From contig OZ252149.1 in the NCBI GenBank assembly GCA_965248755.1, positions 3,296,001 through 3,360,000 on the forward strand: a stretch of DNA of 64,000 bases, read 5' to 3'. Shown here in pieces: positions 46,001 to 55,598 of this stretch. A model generated the notes under the pieces. That model saw only the letters and a program-made list of their open reading frames with translations, had not been told where the DNA came from and made no database searches. Positions within the stretch are counted from its first letter, which is position 1; each line of letters begins with the position of its first letter. The position numbers and the translations under genes are program-made. Source of the stretch: Candidatus Latescibacterota bacterium. Lineage in GTDB: Bacteria; Latescibacterota; CBDEFO01.

Positions 46001-47159
46001 CGATATTCAGGTCATAAATCTCGATATCTGTTTTTAGGTAGGCGCTTTCGGCTTTGAACTTTCCCATCACTCTGGAGTCTTTAAGTGGCCCGTCCACTCT
46101 GATCAGACTGGTACCTCTTCCGAAGATGATCTTTTCTTCTTGCGGGGCTAGAAGAGCGACCATTTTTTCTAAATCAACATCGGCAGACCGAAATTCCATA
46201 TCGGTTTCTTGATCACCCGAAAGCTTCAAATTTCCCGATGCATTAAATCTTGTGTTCCACAAGAGACCTTCAGCCTCCTTGATGACGAGCGAATCACCCA
46301 CAACTTTCCACGAGATGTTCAACGAGTCTATTCTCTGTCGTATCGGTTTTACCATGGCTGATAGGTTGCTAATCTGGCCTTCCCCATACAAAAACGGCTT
46401 TCCCCCTGCCTCGGCACTGCGGGAAAGCCTGCACTGAAACCCTATTTGACCAGCTTGATCGTAAATATCCTCTGTAAAAGCCTCAACCCACTTGCCGGAT
46501 ATATCGGATGAATCGACCGATGCCTGAAGCTCATATCCCTTTCCCATAAGGTCGATCCAACCGTCTAAGCTTGCACCTCCTCCATTCGGGGTCATTCCTT
46601 CAAGGTCTATAGTTGCCCTGGCATTACTATCAATATCTACTGTCCCTTTGATTTCCTTGAGAGGAGAGGAGAGGACTGCATTTGAAGGGCCCACAAGGGC
46701 CAAGCTTCCCTGAACGATCTTGACCTTAAAGCCTAAATCCGGGCTGCCTACTGACGATATATCTTCACTTTGCACCTGGGATTCATCGGCTGCAAGCTGG
46801 AGAGTCAAATTTGGGCGGTTAAGAACGATCTCCCTCAAGCCCTCCTCAAAATTGAAGGAGTGCAGCATAGCGTGGATCAGATCGTACTTGACCACTACTT
46901 TTTCGATTTGAAGGCTTGATTTGAAGTTGTCCAATTCGGCCTTTATATCGTAAAGGACTATAGATCCTAGTCCCAGCCTGGAACTTTTCACATACAGCGT
47001 TCCGCCCACCAAAGGGGAGACTCTTTCCACTATAAAGCTGTTGACTTTTTCTTCCAGATTAATGAAGCCCCACCCGTAGTATAAAAAGGAAACGAAGAAG
47101 ATCACAAAGAGGCACAGAACGGAGAGCCCCCAAATCAGGGTTTTCTTCTTGATCTTCAT
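43077..47159 (-). CDS. Large AsmA-like/TamB-like beta-rich envelope protein
   Basis: N-terminal TM anchor, 1360 aa of amphipathic beta repeats, C-terminal LTVGEYL...YTG...LEY...FDF, adjacent to bamA. Confidence 0.7.
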   Translation of the reverse strand: MKIKKKTLIWGLSVLCLFVIFFVSFLYYGWGFINLEEKVNSFIVERVSPLVGGTLYVKSSRLGLGSIVLYDIKAELDNFKSSLQIEKVVVKYDLIHAMLHSFNFEEGLREIVLNRPNLTLQLAADESQVQSEDISSVGSPDLGFKVKIVQGSLALVGPSNAVLSSPLKEIKGTVDIDSNARATIDLEGMTPNGGGASLDGWIDLMGKGYELQASVDSSDISGKWVEAFTEDIYDQAGQIGFQCRLSRSAEAGGKPFLYGEGQISNLSAMVKPIRQRIDSLNISWKVVGDSLVIKEAEGLLWNTRFNASGNLKLSGDQETDMEFRSADVDLEKMVALLAPQEEKIIFGRGTSLIRVDGPLKDSRVMGKFKAESAYLKTDIEIYDLNIDFRVKEQSIVIDDIKTSLGKSRLGGFGSIALKDDEKGQISIALKSDDFNAEDGISFFGWEHVKGKGSLNFELSGDISNPRWSLRYVPQVLTIGGIDLPAQTNNVDYDGKDIHFESSGKAWKIVGVLSDPFGQTPRLDADLEIDELLTRLKEIGGENVEGEIKLKGALSSIEARGQLNLWTGHRNDGRLYVQGRFDDLFKDTRRMEAKVAAAGLRIYDRKIDLTCQVSGDTDKIQLDIGTRDKKVLFVGSVDRRKGESITGELSIGDFPASDLLGFLGFEDAPLEGQIDGRALISGRIDSLQVMGAVEMSNGRINNADSIKAVVDVDWDNNVLNIHNYFLFQNEKMILGGGGNWRNARNFDLRAKSEEMDLSTLLSLLGASKVEASGAVKMDANFISREDRSAAKVEFSGEDGRIFGTHFDRMSALLKGDFARLEIDDFKIEKDEKYRVSIAGELPFIRAKEDQDKLLNVNVEAEGDLLSFLSRSEFIEQASGNASASFRIGGQWKEPYIEQAEISFSGGQLKPSIFVRQVDDLKGRLVVEPGSNFLNMQGISGRVGSDMIFVKNIQAALAEGQNIPHFVIKSLGDLSLGVLIVETSKDGIEINIPPMMDQGKGKFFFLPRAAGEHFYVGGPKESPLVRGRLEGKNGEFTYPFLEPESESPIFDFVEIVNWDMLAVAKNGVEYFREIPSLVRGVQAGRARARIQEGSYLDFQGIDQDGSFYVTGKVSSVKGTISVLDTEFNLSEETGAEVDTKYGEYARFYGKASTTVYDDSTGVPTQIYLELYALDQYTRTELDKAHWEDFRFKLTSLDPADDSQEKILAKLGYVSGNYDKKAIDAMAMMSDTIFRRHIAHPVERGLRSSLGIDVLRIRPLLASNLFGQEEGIFKGAQNVGTWRFLRGSRLTVGEYLGDRWFLSYTGLLDTGANSLQRDALGIKHSLGLEYLIKTRTRLELKYYYDDIVRENDRRLNIRHEFDF

Positions 47160-47181
47160 CTGATCCCTTTCAGAGCCTCCG

Positions 47182-49659
47182 TCAGTTGCTCTCCACAGTT
47201 TCTTTGTCCTCTACTTCCTTGTCCAGGTTATCCTCCTGAACCTCAGAAAAGACTAGTTCGTCCCCTTTCTTGGAGATCTTGATCCTGCTTCCCGGGCTGA
47301 ACTTTCCCAGAAGCATTTTCTCTGCCAGGGGATCTTCGATCATCTTTTGGATCGTTCTTTTTAAATGGCGCGCTCCGAAGGTAGGATCGAATCCTTTCTT
47401 AGCTAACAGATTCTTTGCTCCCTGGGTCAGGACTACTGAAATGTCCTTTTCGGATGTCCTCTCGATGATCTCTTTCATCATAATGTCAATAATCTGGAGG
47501 ATCTCTTTCTTTCCGAGCTCCTGGAAAATTATTGTCTCATCCAGACGATTTAGAAACTCAGGGTTGAAGGTCTTCTTGACTTCCTCTTTAACTTTATCTT
47601 CTAATTGTTCTCTGGCTGATTTGGATCCTGCCTTGTGGAATCCAATAGTCGTCCCTTTGCCAATTCGCCTGGTCCCGAGGTTTGACGTCAGGATCACGAT
47701 TGTGTTTTTGAAATCTACTTTCCTTCCGAAGCTGTCGGTCATGTGTCCTTCGTCAAGGACCTGCAAAAGGATGTTGAAGACATCGGGATGGGCTTTTTCT
47801 ATCTCGTCCAAAAGGACGACGGAGTAGGGTTTGCGCCTCACCTTTTCGGTGAGCTGTCCACCCTCATCGTAGCCCACGTATCCGGGAGGGGCGCCGACGA
47901 GCCTTGAGACGGAAAACTTCTCCATATACTCGGACATATCGACTCTTATAAGGCTATCTTCGTCCTCGAAGAGATACTTGGCTAGGGTTTTGGCAAGATG
48001 TGTCTTGCCGCATCCAGTAGGCCCGAGGAACACAAATGAACCTATCGGTCTGTTCGGGTCTTTCAGCCCTGATCTTGTTCTCCTTACAGCCTTAGATATA
48101 GCGGTAACAGCTTCATCCTGGCCCACGACTTCCTTTTTGAGCTCTTTCTCCATTCCTATGAGCTTCTCAGATTCAGATTTGGCCAGACGGAAGATCGGTA
48201 TCCCTGTCATGTGTGAGATGACATCGGCCATATCGTCCTCTGTGACCGTTGTCATCTCATCTTTTATTCTTTCCTCCCATTCTTCCCTTTCTTTTTCGAG
48301 TCTATCCTCCAGAGTCATCTGTTCGTCTCTCAGGTTTGCCGCTTGCTCATAGTCCTGTGCTTGCACCACGTCGTCCTTCTTTTTTCTTATCTCTTCGATC
48401 TTCAGTTCCAGGTCTCTTATATGTTGAGGAGGATTCATTTTGGCTAAATGGGCTCGGGATCCGGCTTCGTCAATGACATCTATCGCTTTATCGGGAAGGT
48501 AGCGGCCGCTTATATATCTGTCGGATAGAACTGCCGCTGCTCTTACTGCCTTGTCGCTGTACTTGACCTTGTGATGAGATTCGTAGGATTCCTTTAATCC
48601 TTTAACGATATCGACTGTGTCCTCCACCGAGGGCGGATCGACCATAATCGTCTGGAAACGTCGTTCTAAGGCTCCATCCTTCTCTATATATTTTCTATAT
48701 TCGTCGAGCGTCGTAGCGCCTATGCACTGTATTTCGCCCCTTGAAAGTGCAGGCTTGAACATATTCGAGGCATCCAGCGTGCCCTCAGCGCTGCCTGCTC
48801 CGACTATGGTATGGAGCTCATCTATGAAGATAATCACTTCGTCGCTCTGCTGGATCTCGTTCATGATCGCCTTCATTCGTTCCTCGAACATCCCTCTGTA
48901 TTTGGTTCCGGCAACCAGACTTCCCATATCCATGGTTACGACCCTTTTATCTACAAGGATCTGGGGAACCCTTTTGGACACTATCTTCTGTGCCAGACCC
49001 TCGACAATTGCCGTCTTGCCGACTCCAGGCTCTCCTATCAGAGCGGGGTTATTCTTCTTCCTTCTGCTTAGGACCTGAGACAGACGTTGGATCTCATTTT
49101 CTCTCCCGATTATGGGGTCTAGTTTTCCCTCTTTGGCAAGCTGAGTCAGGTCCCTGCCGAAGTGGTCTAGAAACGGAGTCTTGCTCTTTTTCCTCTCTTT
49201 CCTGCCGGCGGATTTTCCGGAGACGACAGCGAGGACTTCCTCTTTAGCCGTTTTGTAGTCCACACCGTGGCTCTGGAGGATCTGAGACCCAATACTACTT
49301 TTGTCGCCTATGAGTCCTAAGAGTAGGTGTTCCGTACCCGCTTTTGAGACCTTCATCTCCTTGGCTTCATTGGAGGCCGCCTCGTAACTGGCTATGGCGC
49401 GCGGCGTGAACGGTATTTCTTGACCCACTACGGCCTGTCCCCCAGACGGAGGTGCAGATTCCTCTATGGCCTGCTTTGCCTTTTCCAGATCGACCCCTAA
49501 ATTGATAAGGGCAGTAACCCCCTTACCTTTGCCCTCCTTGATCATGCCCAAAAGGATATGTTCTGTGCCGACGTAGTGATGCCCTAATCGAGCGGACTCC
49601 GACCGTGCGTATTGCATTACCTTTATTGCTCTATCTGAAAAGATTTCCCTGTAATTCAT
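47182..49659 (-). CDS. clpC: ATP-dependent Clp protease ATPase ClpC
   Basis: Clp-N repeats, two AAA+ modules ([16 protein letters not shown]), UVR middle domain and IGF loop. Confidence 0.97.
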   Translation of the reverse strand: MNYREIFSDRAIKVMQYARSESARLGHHYVGTEHILLGMIKEGKGKGVTALINLGVDLEKAKQAIEESAPPSGGQAVVGQEIPFTPRAIASYEAASNEAKEMKVSKAGTEHLLLGLIGDKSSIGSQILQSHGVDYKTAKEEVLAVVSGKSAGRKERKKSKTPFLDHFGRDLTQLAKEGKLDPIIGRENEIQRLSQVLSRRKKNNPALIGEPGVGKTAIVEGLAQKIVSKRVPQILVDKRVVTMDMGSLVAGTKYRGMFEERMKAIMNEIQQSDEVIIFIDELHTIVGAGSAEGTLDASNMFKPALSRGEIQCIGATTLDEYRKYIEKDGALERRFQTIMVDPPSVEDTVDIVKGLKESYESHHKVKYSDKAVRAAAVLSDRYISGRYLPDKAIDVIDEAGSRAHLAKMNPPQHIRDLELKIEEIRKKKDDVVQAQDYEQAANLRDEQMTLEDRLEKEREEWEERIKDEMTTVTEDDMADVISHMTGIPIFRLAKSESEKLIGMEKELKKEVVGQDEAVTAISKAVRRTRSGLKDPNRPIGSFVFLGPTGCGKTHLAKTLAKYLFEDEDSLIRVDMSEYMEKFSVSRLVGAPPGYVGYDEGGQLTEKVRRKPYSVVLLDEIEKAHPDVFNILLQVLDEGHMTDSFGRKVDFKNTIVILTSNLGTRRIGKGTTIGFHKAGSKSAREQLEDKVKEEVKKTFNPEFLNRLDETIIFQELGKKEILQIIDIMMKEIIERTSEKDISVVLTQGAKNLLAKKGFDPTFGARHLKRTIQKMIEDPLAEKMLLGKFSPGSRIKISKKGDELVFSEVQEDNLDKEVEDKETVESN

Positions 49660-49716
49660 CTGGACGCTCCCGGAAGAAATTACATCGATTGCGATTTTAT
49701 TGTATTTCTTTTTTAA

Positions 49717-50796
49717 TCATGAGGATTTATTGCGTCCCCTTACCAGTCTTTCGCGGACTATTTTGGCCCTTAAAATATCCCTTTCTGAAGGCTCCATACA
49801 CTTTCCTGTTACCTTATGAAGATGTGAGGGCTGTGTTGTCACCATTAGCTCGTTTAATAGCCGAACAATGAATCTACTGTTACGCTTGGATAGGATGTCC
49901 ATGCTGCATCCCAACCTCACGGCTGATGCCATGTTCATAAACTCCTGCGTTGTCAGCACCCTGGCGTTTTGCAGTATAGTATAAGCCCTCCAGATTTTGT
50001 CCTCTATTTGATGTTTGGCTTCTTTAAGCAATGTCTCCCTTGAGAGATGCTCGTACTCAACGACCTGACTGCAGACTGTCTCCAGATCATCTAATATCTC
50101 CTTTTCTGAGATCCCTAATGTAACTTGATTTGACACCTGGACCAGATTTCCCATAACCTCTGTACCTTCCCCGTAGAAGCCCCTGGCCGTAAATCCCAAC
50201 TGTGTGATTCCTCTTACAACTTTATCCATATCCTGCGTCAGGACGAGTCCGGGGAGGTGTATGAGCATGGATGCCCTGAGTCCCGTTCCCAGGTTCGTCG
50301 GGCATGCTGTGTGGTACCCCAATTTTCTTGAGAACGAATAGTCCAGAGATTGGGAGAGTTCCGCGTCAGCCCTGTCACAAAGTTCCCATGCCCTCTGGGG
50401 TTGGAATCCCGATACGATAACCTGGATTCTGAGGTGGTCCTCCTCGTTTATCATAACGCTTAGCGACTCATCCACCCCGACCAGAACACCCCACTGTCCT
50501 CTCTGCTCAGCCAAGGCGGGACTTATGAGGTGCCGCTCGACCAGAATCTGCCTGTCCAGGTCCGAAAGTTCACCCGTGTTGTAGAACGAGGCATCGGCAA
50601 GACAGTCTGTCTTAGCGTTGGCGTCAAGTACTTTGTCTATTACCAAGCGCTGTTGGGAATCTGTAGCGCGATGGGCAAAAGGAATTGATTTGATATTGCG
50701 GGCAAGCCTCACTCTGCTGGAGACGACTATATCGGATTTCTCTCCCGAACAGTCGAGCCAGAGAGCCATATTTTTCACTAGATCTTGGAGTGTCAT
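49717..50796 (-). CDS. mcsB: Protein arginine kinase
   Basis: SSRVRLARN, LVERHLIS, NEEDHLRIQ and TACPTNLGTGLRAS motifs. Confidence 0.95.
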   Translation of the reverse strand: MTLQDLVKNMALWLDCSGEKSDIVVSSRVRLARNIKSIPFAHRATDSQQRLVIDKVLDANAKTDCLADASFYNTGELSDLDRQILVERHLISPALAEQRGQWGVLVGVDESLSVMINEEDHLRIQVIVSGFQPQRAWELCDRADAELSQSLDYSFSRKLGYHTACPTNLGTGLRASMLIHLPGLVLTQDMDKVVRGITQLGFTARGFYGEGTEVMGNLVQVSNQVTLGISEKEILDDLETVCSQVVEYEHLSRETLLKEAKHQIEDKIWRAYTILQNARVLTTQEFMNMASAVRLGCSMDILSKRNSRFIVRLLNELMVTTQPSHLHKVTGKCMEPSERDILRAKIVRERLVRGRNKSS

Positions 50797-51332
50797 TTTT
50801 CTTTTTTCAATTTAGCTATCGTATCCCTTAAGAGGGCGGCTTTTTCGAACTCTTGTGTTTCGACAGCTTCTTTGAGCTGGTCCTGCAGTCTTAAGATGTG
50901 CTGTTCTATCTGTGAGTATAAAAGTTCATCTGATCTGGAGGAGAGTCCACTGCTCTCTTTCGGCTTTTCAGGGATCTTTCCTTTGTGCTTTACTGCCCTT
51001 TGGATGTTATCTATCAACTTTTCCAACTGGGATGAAAAGGCAGAGTAACAGTTCCCACATCCGACGCGCCCAGACTTTTTGAACTCTCCGTATGTAAAAT
51101 CGCACTCAGGACACTTAAGGTCTTTGTCCTTATCCTCTTTTTGCCTTTGAATAAGTCCTGAAAGGATCTCTTCTGCCGAGAGCTTGCTGGATTCCTTTTT
51201 TAGAACGGACAACCCATATTTCTGTGCACACTTAGAGCAGATATGGGAGAGAGCTTTCTGCCGCAGCTCCTCCATGCTCACCTCTTGGTATAGAACTGTA
51301 GCTTCGTTCTGACCGCAGCTTTCACATTTCAT
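50793..51332 (-). CDS. mcsA: McsA activator (four CxxC motifs plus UVR domain)
   Basis: CESC, CSKC, CPEC, GRVGCGNCY, HKGKIP and QEFEKAALLRD. Confidence 0.93.
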   Translation of the reverse strand: MKCESCGQNEATVLYQEVSMEELRQKALSHICSKCAQKYGLSVLKKESSKLSAEEILSGLIQRQKEDKDKDLKCPECDFTYGEFKKSGRVGCGNCYSAFSSQLEKLIDNIQRAVKHKGKIPEKPKESSGLSSRSDELLYSQIEQHILRLQDQLKEAVETQEFEKAALLRDTIAKLKKEK

Positions 51333-52026
51333 CTAATATCCCATGAGTTTTACAAGTGATTCTTCCATCTGCCAGGCTTATCTTCCTATCGGCCCTATCG
51401 GCTAATTCCAGATCGTGAGTTACGATCACAAAAGATTGATTAAGCGATTTTGATAGTTCCCACATCAGATCGTGAAGCGCCTGGCTGTTTTCCTGATCCA
51501 GATTTCCCGAAGGCTCATCGGCAAATACCACCAAGGGTCTATTCACAAGAGCTCGGGCTACTGCCGTCCTCTGAAGCTCTCCGCCCGAAAGTTCAGACGG
51601 TTTGTGCGTTAGCCTGTTTTCAAGTCCTACTCTTTTCAAAAGTTCTCCTGCGGTCTTCTGGGCGCTATCGAAGCTTGCACCATAGATTAAAAGCGGCATC
51701 ATCACGTTTTCCAGTGCTGTAAACTCTGGCAAGAGATGATGAAACTGAAAGACAAATCCCGAACTCTTGTTTCTAAAGTCTGCAAGCTGATCGTCCGAAA
51801 GCGAGAATACATCTTGGGCATCTATCTCGACGCTTCCACTTGTAGGTCTGTCCAAAGCTCCCAATATATGGAGCAAAGTACTCTTACCGACGCCTGAAGG
51901 TCCTGTTACCGCTAGGACTTCTCCTTTTCTAATCTCTATGCTTATCCCCTTGAGGACCTCTAAAGTGCTGTTACCTGTCCAATAGGTCTTTTTAAGGTCG
52001 AAAGCTTTTAGTATTATGTCCCCCAT
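51322..52026 (-). CDS. lolD: Lipoprotein-releasing ABC transporter ATPase
   Basis: GPSGVGKST, GFVFQFHHLLPEF and LSGGE motifs. Confidence 0.93.
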   Translation of the reverse strand: MGDIILKAFDLKKTYWTGNSTLEVLKGISIEIRKGEVLAVTGPSGVGKSTLLHILGALDRPTSGSVEIDAQDVFSLSDDQLADFRNKSSGFVFQFHHLLPEFTALENVMMPLLIYGASFDSAQKTAGELLKRVGLENRLTHKPSELSGGELQRTAVARALVNRPLVVFADEPSGNLDQENSQALHDLMWELSKSLNQSFVIVTHDLELADRADRKISLADGRITCKTHGILDEM

Positions 52027-52058
52027 TATAGCGCGCTCTGGCTAACGATCTTTATTTA

Positions 52059-53300
52059 TCACTCGTATCTTATAGCCTCTACAGGGTCCAGAGACGATGC
52101 CTTAAATGCCGGGTAGACAGAGGCCATTAGGCAGATGATCAAAGCCGCTGTGGATATTAAGACGAAATCCATCAATCGCACATCGACCGGAACAGCGCTT
52201 ATAATATAAATATCGGCAGGGAGCGACACAATCTTAAACTTTTCCTGAGCCCAACAGAGCGTATATCCTATTATATTGCCTATAAAAATTCCCAGTGTTC
52301 CGACGGATAATCCATTGAACACAAATATCTTCTTTATGCTCCAGGAAGTAGCTCCCATAGATTTCAAAATTCCAATCTCCTTGGTCTTTTCAAGGACAAT
52401 CATAACCAGAGTGCTCGTTATACTGAAGGCCGCCACTACGATTATAAGGCTTAAGACTACAAATGACGCCCTCTTTTCTATCTCCATCCAATTGTATAGT
52501 GTCCTGTTGAGTTGATTCCAGGTTATGACGTTGTAGGGATAGCTCAGCTTTTCTCTTATCTTGTTCGCCACATCGTCGGTCAGGTCCATATCATCCAGCT
52601 TGACCTCAACGCCCGTTACGCCATCTTTAAGTTCAAATATCCGTTGAGCCGATTCTATGGAAATGATAACCCAGGATGAGTCTAAATCGTAAATTCCGGT
52701 TTCAAAGAACCCGCTTATTCTAAATGCATAATACTTAGGCGTTCCAAACGAAGCACCCGCTCCCAGACCCTGAGGGATGAAGATGAAGACAGTATCCTCA
52801 ATTCCCACCTTTAGCCTGTTTGCAAGCGCATATCCTATTGTGATGCCATATATATTGGACTTGTCTAACTTGCCGAGATCAAGATCTCCATCAATTATAT
52901 TTTGCTCTATATTCGATGTCCTTTTTATGCCTTCTTCGGCCACACCCTTTACGTGTACTCCGTCGGAGATATGGGGTTTCCCCTTTCTTAGGATTACTGC
53001 CTTCCCATAGACGTAAGGGGAGACTCCCATAACATCATCTGTCTTTTCGATCTCCTTTTCTATCCCTTCATAATCTTCGATCGCCCCCGCATAGTATGCT
53101 ACAACCCTCAAATGGGCGTCCCAGCCTATAAACCTATTTCTGATCTCCGAAGAAAACCCGTTCATTATGGATAAGGTTATGATCAGAGCGGCCACGCCCA
53201 CTGCCACACCACCCACAGATATGTATGCTATAGCCGATACAAAACCCGTCTTGCGTTTGGACTTGAGGTATCTTTTGGCTATGAAGAATTCATAGGACAT
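52059..53300 (-). CDS. lolE: Lipoprotein-releasing ABC transporter permease LolC/E
   Basis: FIAKRYL, SIMNGF, EKTKEIGILKSMGA and DPVEAIRYE motifs. Confidence 0.92.
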   Translation of the reverse strand: MSYEFFIAKRYLKSKRKTGFVSAIAYISVGGVAVGVAALIITLSIMNGFSSEIRNRFIGWDAHLRVVAYYAGAIEDYEGIEKEIEKTDDVMGVSPYVYGKAVILRKGKPHISDGVHVKGVAEEGIKRTSNIEQNIIDGDLDLGKLDKSNIYGITIGYALANRLKVGIEDTVFIFIPQGLGAGASFGTPKYYAFRISGFFETGIYDLDSSWVIISIESAQRIFELKDGVTGVEVKLDDMDLTDDVANKIREKLSYPYNVITWNQLNRTLYNWMEIEKRASFVVLSLIIVVAAFSITSTLVMIVLEKTKEIGILKSMGATSWSIKKIFVFNGLSVGTLGIFIGNIIGYTLCWAQEKFKIVSLPADIYIISAVPVDVRLMDFVLISTAALIICLMASVYPAFKASSLDPVEAIRYE

Positions 53301-53338
53301 CTAAGTAAGTAGGCAGTAGGCAGTAGACAGTAGACAGT
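53301..53338. repeat. Heptamer tandem repeat (GTAGGCA/GTAGACA)
   Basis: GTAAGTAGGCAGTAGGCAGTAGACAGTAGACAGT; a degenerate complementary tract (TACTATCTAACTGACTACTATCTAC) lies at about 53893-53917. Confidence 0.8.
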
Positions 53339-53372
53339 GCACCGCCTCCCATCCCTGTATGCCATCTACTAT

Positions 53373-53411
53373 TTCGGTTTCCATAGTCTTGTCAAGACTA
53401 TGGAAACCGAA
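53373..53411. other. Perfect 18-bp inverted repeat
   Basis: TTCGGTTTCCATAGTCTT-GTC-AAGACTATGGAAACCGAA. Confidence 0.85.
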
Positions 53412-53441
53412 CTCATATTCGTTCAAGGGTGTAAAAAGGCG

Positions 53442-53829
53442 TTATTCCATCTCATCAACATCCCTTATAAATCCCTCGGCCCTTGAAAACTCATTTTCAA
53501 TCTCCGAAGGGACAAGATCTCCATCGTAGAAGGCTTTCTGATGCAGGAAGTAGTCTCTTGCCATAAATCTGTCAAAGAGAGCCTTTTCTTTGATAAGCTC
53601 GTTTTTCCTTTCTAAGTCCCGTATCCTTATTCTTCTATCCCTGCGGCTCCTGGGAAGGGGCGTAACGTCCATCTTTTGTAAGAAAGCGTTTACAGCTTGA
53701 ACAATCGCCCCCCCACGCCTTCTCACAGGCATCTCGCATCAGAATATAATTATGGGCTCTTTTGCTTTCCTCAAATTCCTTTTCTGCCTTATGCCAGGCA
53801 TCGTTTAATATTTCGTCCGCGGCGCCCAT
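53442..53829 (-). pseudogene. PaREP1/HEPN-like helical protein split by a one-base frameshift in a G7 run
   Basis: ORFs 53635..53829 and 53442..53732 join as ...RDACEKAWGAIVQAVNAFL...RDYFLHQKAFYDG if one G is removed at 53708-53714. Confidence 0.7.
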
Positions 53830-53848
53830 ATGAGGTGCTCTTATCTAC

Positions 53849-53869
53849 TGGGCGAGGTAATCTCGCCCA
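53849..53869. repeat. REP-like palindrome
   Basis: TGGGCGAG-GTAAT-CTCGCCCA. Confidence 0.6.
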
Positions 53870-53921
53870 TACTGTCTTTGCCTTTCCCTGTTTACTATCT
53901 AACTGACTACTATCTACTTGT

Positions 53922-55418
53922 TTACCCTTCGGGCCTCATCTGAGGAAATAAGATAACGTCTCTTATAGATGGAGAGTCTGTGAGCAACATCACCAATCTA
54001 TCTATGCTTATTCCCAATCCTCCAGTGGGAGGCATCCCGTACTCCATCGCCTTCATATAGTCCTCGTCCAGGACTTGAGCCTCCTCATCGCCCTGCTCTT
54101 TCAGCCTCATCTGCTCTTCGAACCTCTTTTTTTGGTCTATCGGGTCATTCAGTTCCGAAAAGGCGTTTCCTATCTCCATTCCACAGACAAAAGGCTCGAA
54201 CCGCTCTGCTAAGAGGGGATCATCTCTGTGCCTTTTGGCAAGGGGCGCCGTCTCCAGAGGATAGTCCGTAATAAACGTGGGCTGTACGAGGTGATCTTTG
54301 ACGTACTGGTCGAAGATCTTATCTATCATTTTACCGATTCCCATGCTCGAATCTACCTCCACATTCAGGTCCTTACAAATACTCTTCAAGTCCCCCTCTG
54401 AAGTGCCAAATAGATCGAGTCCCGTATGTTCCCTGATCGCGTCAGACATCTTGACTCTGTTCCAGGGAGGCGAAAAATCTATCTTTTGTCCCTGGTATTC
54501 GACCTGCATGGAGCCAACAACCTTCTCCGCAGTCTGGGAGATCATCTCCTCAGCTATCTCCATGATATCGTAGTAGTCCGCATAAGCCAGATATAGTTCC
54601 AAAAGTGTGAATTCTGGATTATGCTCCCGATCCATTCCCTCGTTTCGGAAATCCTGGCAAAACTCGTAGACCTTACCGTAGCCCCCCACAATGAGACGTT
54701 TGAGATAGAGTTCGTCGGAGATTCGAAGGTAGAGCGTAAGACCAAGGGCGTTGTGATAGGTGGTAAAGGGTCTTGCCGATGCTCCACCGTAGAGCGGCTG
54801 AAGTATCGGTGTTTCCATCCTTACAAACCCCTTTTCGCGGAGATACTTTTCCAACTCCCAGATGATCCGATCCCGCTTTAAGAAGACCTCCCGAACGTCG
54901 GGGTTTAGTATCACATCCAGGTAGCGTTGACGGTATCTTTGCTCCTTGTCGGAGAATTCGTCATAGACTATTCTGCTTCCATCCTGGATCTTATCCTTGG
55001 GAACGGGCAGAGGACGGATAGATTTGCAGAGAAGCTCCACTTCCTGAGCCGATAAGGTTATCTCTCCCGTGCGGGTTTTAAAGACCTTTCCTCTTATGCC
55101 TACAATATCGCCTATGTCAAAGAGCTCATACAGACCGAACTGATCGTCGCCCAGGGTGTCCTTGCGGAAGTATATCTGAATCTTCCCGTCTTCGTCCTGA
55201 ATGTGTCCAAACCCGGTCTTGCCGTGGCTTCTGATAGACATCAACCTTCCGGCTACTGCCACTACTGATTTTGACGTCTCCAGGTTTTCTGAGTTCCTAA
55301 TAACTTCAGAGGATAAGTGTGTTACTTCAAATCTGTACGGATAAGGATTTACTCCTTTCTCCTTAATCTTCAATAACTTTTCGAGCCTCTGTTTTATCAG
55401 GTGCCTCTCTTCGTTCAA
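53922..55418 (-). CDS. lysS: Lysine--tRNA ligase (class II)
   Basis: RYRQRYLD, ETPILQ, FRNEG, HNPEFT and YGMPPTGGLGI motifs. Confidence 0.98.
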   Translation of the reverse strand: MNEERHLIKQRLEKLLKIKEKGVNPYPYRFEVTHLSSEVIRNSENLETSKSVVAVAGRLMSIRSHGKTGFGHIQDEDGKIQIYFRKDTLGDDQFGLYELFDIGDIVGIRGKVFKTRTGEITLSAQEVELLCKSIRPLPVPKDKIQDGSRIVYDEFSDKEQRYRQRYLDVILNPDVREVFLKRDRIIWELEKYLREKGFVRMETPILQPLYGGASARPFTTYHNALGLTLYLRISDELYLKRLIVGGYGKVYEFCQDFRNEGMDREHNPEFTLLELYLAYADYYDIMEIAEEMISQTAEKVVGSMQVEYQGQKIDFSPPWNRVKMSDAIREHTGLDLFGTSEGDLKSICKDLNVEVDSSMGIGKMIDKIFDQYVKDHLVQPTFITDYPLETAPLAKRHRDDPLLAERFEPFVCGMEIGNAFSELNDPIDQKKRFEEQMRLKEQGDEEAQVLDEDYMKAMEYGMPPTGGLGISIDRLVMLLTDSPSIRDVILFPQMRPEG

Positions 55419-55523
55419 TCCAGTCTCCTGTCAAAATCTTCGTTTTGCGCCCAAAAGTTCTTCGATACACCCATGCGGATGGATCAGAATGGTGCAAGTA
55501 CTGGGGACTCTTAAAGCCCATAA

Positions 55524-55552
55524 AATATAAGAAAACCTTGACACAAAGTCAA
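55524..55552 (-). promoter_or_regulatory. Sigma70 promoter for lysS, overlapped by the palindrome CCTTGAC-N5-GTCAAGG
   Basis: TTGACT-N17-TATATT. Confidence 0.65.
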
Positions 55553-55598
55553 GGATTCGTTTAGAAAATCTATATTGTGAAAGGTATGGAGTACCAGT

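Noticed and set aside
51322..55560. CtsR or CIRCE heat-shock operators upstream of mcsA-mcsB-clpC
   Set aside because: I found no GGTCAAA direct repeats or TTAGCACTC-N9-GAGTGCTAA in the intergenic regions.
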